Made by a program: the position numbers and the translations under genes. This document shows positions 58,183-64,000 of a stretch of 64,000 nt of DNA, piece by piece. Each line of letters starts with the position of its first letter. The first letter of the stretch is position 1. The notes below the pieces were generated by a model that was not told where the DNA came from, did not search any database, and saw only the letters and a list, made by a program, of their open reading frames with translations. Source of the DNA: Candidatus Woesearchaeota archaeon (GTDB lineage: Archaea > Nanobdellota > Nanobdellia > Pacearchaeales > UBA284); assembly GCA_964354405.1 (NCBI GenBank), contig CAYGZP010000001.1, positions 148,879 to 212,878 of the forward strand. The letters run 5' to 3'.

Positions 58183-58850
58183 TTTTCAAACTCCTTCTCT
58201 TCTAAAACAAACAAGTTTTTCTTTGGAACAGATGTTATCTTGTCTTTTATGTGGACTAAGGCATTTTGTTTCTCGATATTCTCTATCTTCCCATGTTGCC
58301 CTATACTCTTTCCGCCAAATATCAAGACAAAAGCTCCTTTGCCCAGTTTCAAATGATGGGTTATCTTGTTGGTCTTTAGCTCGATGATTAAGGTATCCCC
58401 CACATTGTAATCGGTTTTTCCCTGAACAATGAAATTTCTTCCATCATTGCAATTAATCTGTAGCTTTTTCCCTTTCAGAACTTTTTTTCCAACTATCCTG
58501 CAAGGTTTGCTTTCGCTCTTGTGTTTATCTATTTCCAGGATGGTCAATTTTCCTTTATCTGTGAAATATAAACTGAAATGTTTGTCCAATTTCTTTATAT
58601 AGATTCGGTCAAAAAGCCCGACTTTAGTCTTGGTTTCAACAACAATTTTATCGTTGATAAATATATTTTTTTGTACAAGAAGTTTCTTGGCTTCTTTTGA
58701 GTTATCTAATACTTTCAACAAATCTCTTAACACAACTAACAATGGTATAGACAACTCGTCTTTTTGGGCACCTATGCCCTTAATTATGAAAGTTCTGTCT
58801 TTTCTTTGCAAAGGCCAAGTTTTTGGCATTGTTCTTCTTTTTAAGTGCAT
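58179..58850 (-). CDS. rps4e: 30S ribosomal protein eS4
   Basis: HLKR..P..W, PL.VVLRD, DGRN. Confidence 0.92.
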   Translation of the reverse strand: MHLKRRTMPKTWPLQRKDRTFIIKGIGAQKDELSIPLLVVLRDLLKVLDNSKEAKKLLVQKNIFINDKIVVETKTKVGLFDRIYIKKLDKHFSLYFTDKGKLTILEIDKHKSESKPCRIVGKKVLKGKKLQINCNDGRNFIVQGKTDYNVGDTLIIELKTNKITHHLKLGKGAFVLIFGGKSIGQHGKIENIEKQNALVHIKDKITSVPKKNLFVLEEKEFEK

Positions 58851-58851
58851 T

Positions 58852-59280
58852 TTATTTTGCCTCCGGTTGCTTTGTCATTTCCTTTTTTGCAATTTTTTTC
58901 TGCTTCCTTTCCATAATTTTTACTCGTTTTTTATCATCCAAGTTCAAGGAAGTAATCATTAACTTTGAAGGATAAAACGCCACATTCACTTTTGTCCCCT
59001 CTTTTCTTGATTTTTGTATTCCTTCTACTAAAATTTTCATTTTCTTTGTGTTCACTGAAGCCACTTTCCCTTCTTTTCCTCTGAAATCGCCGTTCATCAC
59101 TTTTACAACATCGCCTTTTCTTAGAACCATGGCTCTTGTGCTATATTTCTTTCTAAGTTCTTTGCTTAGGTGGCTCGAAAGCATCTTGTGTTTGATATGC
59201 AAAGGGGAATTAAATCGATATTTCCTCTGCTTGCTTATCTTCTTGCTTCCTTTCCATGAAATTGAATTTTCTCTTTTCAT
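58852..59280 (-). CDS. rpl24: 50S ribosomal protein uL24
   Basis: KQRKY, LSKELR, RKGDVVKV. Confidence 0.95.
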   Translation of the reverse strand: MKRENSISWKGSKKISKQRKYRFNSPLHIKHKMLSSHLSKELRKKYSTRAMVLRKGDVVKVMNGDFRGKEGKVASVNTKKMKILVEGIQKSRKEGTKVNVAFYPSKLMITSLNLDDKKRVKIMERKQKKIAKKEMTKQPEAK

Positions 59281-59321
59281 TTCTTGTTTTTTATTTAGTT
59301 ATTTATATTAATTTATATTGT

Positions 59322-59723
59322 TTAAACAATTATTGTGGCTATTCTTGCTACGAAAGGCCATCTGTCTGCAGCCTCTCTTGCTAATGGACCCTTTATCTGA
59401 GTGCCTTTAGGATTTCCATCCTCATCTTTCAGCAAGGCAACAGCGTTATCCGAAAAACATATTCTTTCTCCTGTAGCTCGTCTGTATTCTTTCCTTTGTC
59501 TTATGACTACAGCCCAGAACACTTGTTTTAAGATGTCTGTGGCTCCTTTTCTAACGCTCACTTTTACTAAACTTCCGACACCGCATGAAAATTGTCTGCC
59601 CTTTCTTCCTTTCCCGCCCTTCACTCCGAAAATTTTGACTATTTTGGCTCCGCTGTTATCTGCGGCAGTTACTAAAGCACCCATATTCAATCCTCTTACA
59701 AGTCTCGCACTTACAGCTTTCAT
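59322..59723 (-). CDS. rpl14: 50S ribosomal protein uL14
   Basis: ADNSGAK, PKGTQIKGP; true start at 59723. Confidence 0.96.
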   Translation of the reverse strand: MKAVSARLVRGLNMGALVTAADNSGAKIVKIFGVKGGKGRKGRQFSCGVGSLVKVSVRKGATDILKQVFWAVVIRQRKEYRRATGERICFSDNAVALLKDEDGNPKGTQIKGPLAREAADRWPFVARIATIIV

Positions 59724-60064
59724 TTTATTTTCTCCACAACAATGAAATGCATTATTTTGCTCAGCGGCCTGCATTCGCCGATTTTTACTAAATCTCCAAC
59801 AGCTATCTGCTTTTTCATACACTCGGGCAGATAAGCATGTAATTTTGTTCTTGCTTTAGCAAATCTTTCATATTTTTTGAAACGTATAAGTCTTTCAAAC
59901 TCCACAACTGCTCTCTTACCTACTATTTTAGTCACAGTTCCTTTGAAATATCTGCCCCTCACGCTCAAACTTCCATGGAAAGGACATTTTTCATCCTTGC
60001 ATTCCACTTTCTCTGTTTTGCTTGGCATAGATTCTACTGTTTCTTTCTTTTCCTTTGTTTTCAT
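59720..60064 (-). CDS. rps17: 30S ribosomal protein uS17
   Basis: CPFHG, ECRPLSK. Confidence 0.96.
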   Translation of the reverse strand: MKTKEKKETVESMPSKTEKVECKDEKCPFHGSLSVRGRYFKGTVTKIVGKRAVVEFERLIRFKKYERFAKARTKLHAYLPECMKKQIAVGDLVKIGECRPLSKIMHFIVVEKIK

Positions 60065-60095
60065 TTTTTTCTTCTTGCTTTTTTCTTGCCGCGTT

Positions 60096-60392
60096 TTATT
60101 TCTCTTCTATGTTTTCTTCCTCAAATCCAAGTTCAATAAGCTTGTTTTTGGCTTTTCTCCAATGATCTCCCTGCAGTTCAATCGTTTTGTTTTTTACTGT
60201 TCCACCGCATGCAAAATCTTCCTTAAGTTTTTTTGCGATGTCTTTGGTGTCGTTTTCAATGCCGGAGATTATTGTAACTATTTTCCCGAATCTCCTTTTT
60301 GTTGTCTCCACTCGTATCTTTTGCTTTGTTTTTACTAAGTCTTTGCATATACACGCTTCAAGCGGTAAGCCGCACTTTGGGCATATATTCAT
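60096..60392 (-). CDS. Translation initiation factor aIF1 (SUI1)
   Basis: CPKCGLP, ACGGT, IELQGDH. Confidence 0.95.
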   Translation of the reverse strand: MNICPKCGLPLEACICKDLVKTKQKIRVETTKRRFGKIVTIISGIENDTKDIAKKLKEDFACGGTVKNKTIELQGDHWRKAKNKLIELGFEEENIEEK

Positions 60393-60412
60393 ATTTTTTC
60401 TTTCTCCTATGT

Positions 60413-60604
60413 TTATTTAATTTGATTTAATTGAGTATTTATTCTTGCTATTGTCCGTTTTATCTCCCGGATTTTCTTGCTCGCTCCAGCTGCCTGCCCC
60501 CGCTGTGCATTAATCTTCAATTCCTCCATTTCAAGTTCCTTTAATTTTTCCTTTAACTCCTGCGCGTTATATCTCTGTATTTCTTTTTTTCTTATTATTG
60601 CCAT
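60413..60604 (-). CDS. rpl29: 50S ribosomal protein uL29
   Basis: IREIKRTIARINT. Confidence 0.93.
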   Translation of the reverse strand: MAIIRKKEIQRYNAQELKEKLKELEMEELKINAQRGQAAGASKKIREIKRTIARINTQLNQIK

Positions 60605-60612
60605 TTTATATC

Positions 60613-61395
60613 TTATACCTTGGGTCTTTCCTCAATTTCTTCTATTTTTATTTGTGTTTTCTTTTTCCTAGGCTTTCTGGGCTTTTTTTCCTTGGTTTTC
60701 GCCTTCTCTTCTTTTTCCTTTTCTTCTTTAATCTCTTGACTTTTCTTCTCTACTTCTTTCTCTGCTTCCAGCATCTTCTCTTTGATTTCTCTTTGGATTA
60801 GCTCGTGGTTCAATTCTATTTTATCTGGGATTTTAGCACCTTTAGGCACAATTAAAACCTTAACTCCGATAGAACCCGGCCTTGTGAATGCAGTTGCCTT
60901 TGCCGAGTTCACGATATTTAATCCTCCGCCTGTCTTCTTCAGATAACCGAAGGCAAATCTCCAATTTTTCGCTCTTTCGCTTGGCAGTTTTCCTCCTAAT
61001 CTTATTTCAGCTCCAAGAGCTCCGGCTCGCGCAATCCTTTCCATCTCATGATAAGCTATAAGTTTAAAGCTAAGTGGCCCGAATTTCTCCAAAGCCAAAG
61101 CAATTTGATCCGCTACTGTCTGCGCATCAAAAATAGGCTCGGGCAACTCAGAAACTTCAATCTGGGGATTCTCTAACTTGAATCTTTTCTTCAATGAATC
61201 ATGCAACTCCTGTATCACCTCTCCTCCTCTTCCTATAACTAGCCCGGGCTTTGCCGTAATAATTATAATTTTCTCTCCGATTGGTGTTCTCTCTATCTTC
61301 ACATCGCTGACTTTTCCCTTGCCAATCTTTGATTTTATGAATTCTTTGATTGTATACTCCTGCATCTTTCCTTCAACGAATTTTCTCTCCATCAT
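60613..61395 (-). CDS. rps3: 30S ribosomal protein uS3 with K/E-rich tail
   Basis: PGLVIGRGG KH motif, GKLP.ERA. Confidence 0.96.
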   Translation of the reverse strand: MMERKFVEGKMQEYTIKEFIKSKIGKGKVSDVKIERTPIGEKIIIITAKPGLVIGRGGEVIQELHDSLKKRFKLENPQIEVSELPEPIFDAQTVADQIALALEKFGPLSFKLIAYHEMERIARAGALGAEIRLGGKLPSERAKNWRFAFGYLKKTGGGLNIVNSAKATAFTRPGSIGVKVLIVPKGAKIPDKIELNHELIQREIKEKMLEAEKEVEKKSQEIKEEKEKEEKAKTKEKKPRKPRKKKTQIKIEEIEERPKV

Positions 61396-61934
61396 TTTTT
61401 CTCTCCTAAGGTTCTTGCTTCCAACACAACATGGGTTCTCTTGAAACGCTTTCTGCCGTAAGCCATTCTTGTGGGTTTATGTGGCCTTGAAGCCTTGTTA
61501 GCCTTAGCCAAGGATATTCTTAAATGCTCGATATCTAAATTCTTGACATTTGCATTCGCTATCAAGCTTCCCAAGAGTTTTATGAAGATTTTGGAAGCCT
61601 TCATTGGATATCTTCCAGAGACTTTTCCTTTTGGCATGTTTTTTCTGTGAGGAATCTCTCCTCTCATCGGAACTGCTATTTTTTTATTCAAAACCTTTTC
61701 AAGTAATGCGATAGCATAATGTGGCTCTTTGCCTCTTACAAAGTTGCATAATGCAATAGATTGTTTTGTTGAAATCCCTAAATCTTTTCCATGGACTATT
61801 GCTGTTCCTTCAACTTTCTTTTTAGTTTCTTTCTTTTCTTTTATTTCGGGCTTTGCTTCTGCCTTTGTTTCTATCTTCTCTTCCTTTTTCTCTTCTACAG
61901 GTTTCTTTTCTGTTTTTTCTTTTGCTTCTTCCAT
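61392..61934 (-). CDS. rpl22: 50S ribosomal protein uL22 with K/E-rich N-terminal extension
   Basis: ISTK, GRYP.KA, ANA. Confidence 0.94.
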   Translation of the reverse strand: MEEAKEKTEKKPVEEKKEEKIETKAEAKPEIKEKKETKKKVEGTAIVHGKDLGISTKQSIALCNFVRGKEPHYAIALLEKVLNKKIAVPMRGEIPHRKNMPKGKVSGRYPMKASKIFIKLLGSLIANANVKNLDIEHLRISLAKANKASRPHKPTRMAYGRKRFKRTHVVLEARTLGEKK

Positions 61935-61944
61935 TTTATTTTCC

Positions 61945-62331
61945 TTACTTCACAGACAAGAATGCAGAGCTTCTTGTGGCTCCGATTCCTGGAGCTCCGT
62001 GCTCGACTTTTCTTCTCGTCATTGCGAACTCGCCCAATCGATGTCCTAGCATTTCTTCATTTATTTTTATCGGCACAAATTCTTTGCCGTTGTGAATATT
62101 GATATCCAAACCAACCATCTTCGGCACAATTATTATTGTCCTCAAATGAGTTTTGATTGCCTTATGTTTGGCGATTTTCTGTTCGCATCTCTTCAAAAAT
62201 TTCTCGACAAAACCAGTTTGCCTGAGCAAAGTTCTCCGCTCTCTTGCCGGGAGTATTTTTGCGAACTCTCCTAAGTTCAATTGCTTCAATTCCTCCAAAC
62301 TTTTTCCGCGATATATGAATTCTTTTACCAT
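61945..62331 (-). CDS. rps19: 30S ribosomal protein uS19
   Basis: THLR, GHRLGEF, GIGATRSS. Confidence 0.97.
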   Translation of the reverse strand: MVKEFIYRGKSLEELKQLNLGEFAKILPARERRTLLRQTGFVEKFLKRCEQKIAKHKAIKTHLRTIIIVPKMVGLDINIHNGKEFVPIKINEEMLGHRLGEFAMTRRKVEHGAPGIGATRSSAFLSVK

Positions 62332-62341
62332 TTTATGCTAC

Positions 62342-63043
62342 TTACTTTTTCCTCCCTGTTCTTCTTGGTCTCAAGAGTCCGACTTTTCTTCCCGGAGGTG
62401 CCCATCTCTTAGAAATTTTGCTCTTTATTCTCTTGCCTCTGCCGCTTCCGAATGGATGATCAATAATATTCATCTTTACAGCTGAGGTTCTTGGGTAAAC
62501 TCTCCCCCCAGTTGCCTTTGCTATAAACAACCCCTTACTTGCCTTTACAAGAGGTTTTTCAAGTCTTCCTGACGCTGCAACCGTTCCAATGCTCGCGCGA
62601 GCATTAGGATTGAATACTTTTTCTTTTTTTGAAGGCAGCAATACAGAAACCCCTTTGGGCTCTTTTTTTATAATTCTTCCAGCGATTCCGCTTGTTCTAA
62701 CCATTTTTCCGCCCATGCCCGGAATAGTTTCAATATTGTAGATTAAAGTTCCAAGAGGCAGCATCCCCAAAGGAATGATATTTCCGGTTGCTATAGGCAC
62801 ATTTTTTCCAACCATAATCCTTTGCCCCTCGCACATTCCTTCTGCAGCTATATTGTAGAATATTTCATGATTCAATTTTATTTTTGCCACAGGAGCATCA
62901 TAACAAGCAAGATGCATTAGCTTGAGAACCTCTCCAACTCCCTCTGTTCTAGGATAGCTCACACTGATTCTATAAGCCTGTTTTCTTGTTCTGTAAGCAG
63001 GGCCCCCATGGCCTCGCGCTCGTTGTATGATTCTTTTTCCCAT
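62342..63043 (-). CDS. rpl2: 50S ribosomal protein uL2
   Basis: MGKRI, DHPFGSG, PPGRKVG. Confidence 0.96.
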   Translation of the reverse strand: MGKRIIQRARGHGGPAYRTRKQAYRISVSYPRTEGVGEVLKLMHLACYDAPVAKIKLNHEIFYNIAAEGMCEGQRIMVGKNVPIATGNIIPLGMLPLGTLIYNIETIPGMGGKMVRTSGIAGRIIKKEPKGVSVLLPSKKEKVFNPNARASIGTVAASGRLEKPLVKASKGLFIAKATGGRVYPRTSAVKMNIIDHPFGSGRGKRIKSKISKRWAPPGRKVGLLRPRRTGRKK

Positions 63044-63044
63044 T

Positions 63045-63338
63045 TTATATATTCTCCAAAACTTCTAATAGTATATTTTCTAATACTTTATTTAATTTTG
63101 AGAAAACTTCTTCACTTTCTTGGTATAATGTAACCATGAAGGGTTCTTCTCTATCTGGGAGATAAGTTATCTCAAATTCATTACCAGAAAATTTTAATAT
63201 TTGAGAGCCATTAATTCTTCCAAAACCAAAAGTTTCTAGATGAGAAGGAACTTCATAAGATACATCTTCTCTCATTAAATATTTTACATCATCATTAACT
63301 GTTCTTAACATTTCATGATAATTTTGTGTTGTTCCCAT
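63045..63338 (-). CDS. Orphan ORF inserted between rpl23 and rpl2
   Basis: 97-aa acidic ORF with 1-bp spacing to both neighbours. Confidence 0.7.
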   Translation of the reverse strand: MGTTQNYHEMLRTVNDDVKYLMREDVSYEVPSHLETFGFGRINGSQILKFSGNEFEITYLPDREEPFMVTLYQESEEVFSKLNKVLENILLEVLENI

Positions 63339-63339
63339 T

Positions 63340-63588
63340 TTACATCATCCCAAGTTTAGTTGCAATATCTATGGCTGGCGAATCAGCCTTGAGTTTTATA
63401 GTTGCGATTTTTTTATTGTTTCTAATGTGCAAGTTTACCTTTGCGACCTTGACTTTGAACATTGTTTTAATCTCTTCGGCAATCTGCGCTTTGGTTGCTC
63501 TAGAATCGACGACAAAACTTATTTTATTCTCTAGCTCTACTTGCTTTATGGCTTTCTCGGTTGCTAAAGGATAGAGCAAGACTTTCAT
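63340..63588 (-). CDS. rpl23: 50S ribosomal protein uL23
   Basis: PLATEKA, ENK..FVV, ATK, A.DIATKLG. Confidence 0.95.
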   Translation of the reverse strand: MKVLLYPLATEKAIKQVELENKISFVVDSRATKAQIAEEIKTMFKVKVAKVNLHIRNNKKIATIKLKADSPAIDIATKLGMM

Positions 63589-63589
63589 T

Positions 63590-64000
63590 TTATCTCTTTA
63601 GCCCCTCAATAGCTTTTACTGTCCATACGATAACTCGGCCAGGAGTTCCGCCAGGAGCCAGCGCCATAATATTTAATTGATAAGTGTTGATAATGTCCAA
63701 GCCATAGTTTCCGAGTGTCTTAGTATTTTCGTTCTTATCCACAATCAACAGAACTTTATTACGGCTCTTGTATTTCCTTCCTCTTCTCTTTCCTAATCCT
63801 GCTCTAATTTTCTTTTCTTTTTTCAGCTCGATATTTGTCAATTTTTCTAAGAGCGCTACAGTTTCTTTAGCTTTACCCTCCAAAATTTTGGAATCGATTA
63901 CTATCGGAAGCGAATGGCTCAATTTAAGCTGCGGATATTTTTTCTTTAATATGTCTTGTGATGTCGAGGCAGCAATGGCGCTGTTTATCGCCTTTCTATT
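63590..64000 (-). CDS. rpl4: 50S ribosomal protein uL4, 3' part (start outside the window)
   Basis: KIRAG.GK.RGR, LAPGG.PGR..WT. Confidence 0.93.
   Translation of the reverse strand, partial: NRKAINSAIAASTSQDILKKKYPQLKLSHSLPIVIDSKILEGKAKETVALLEKLTNIELKKEKKIRAGLGKRRGRKYKSRNKVLLIVDKNENTKTLGNYGLDIINTYQLNIMALAPGGTPGRVIVWTVKAIEGLKR

Overview
This is archaeal chromosomal DNA. Its gene content and order, divergent ribosomal proteins and R15P isomerase point to a DPANN lineage (Pacearchaeota/Woesearchaeota-like); the taxonomy is inferred. 1-15.8 kb is an accessory region: two Fic proteins, Doc and RelE toxin-antitoxin pairs, a Csp/DEAD-box pair, orphan ORFs, a Cas4-like nuclease and an NTase/ATPase/HEPN trio, with three copies of a structured repeat of up to 70 bp. 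15.9-30 kb is core informational DNA: L21e-Rpo4, S13-S4-S11-Rpo3-L18e-L13-S9-Rpo10, 5S rRNA, four tRNAs and SecDF. 30-49 kb is an AglB N-glycosylation cluster with B12 radical-SAM enzymes and methyltransferases. 50-64 kb is the S10-spc ribosomal superoperon on the minus strand. The most notable observations are: (1) an unannotated ~100-nt structured RNA with its own promoter, two cUUCGg loops and a bulge-helix-bulge splice motif (23701-23804); (2) a tRNA-Leu with an A34 (AAG) anticodon; (3) the repeat-delimited accessory module array; (4) orphan genes in ribosomal operons with duplicated stop/start junctions; (5) near-identical DNA encoding K/E-rich N-terminal tails of unrelated proteins. All calls come from reading the sequence by eye; no database search or folding program was run.
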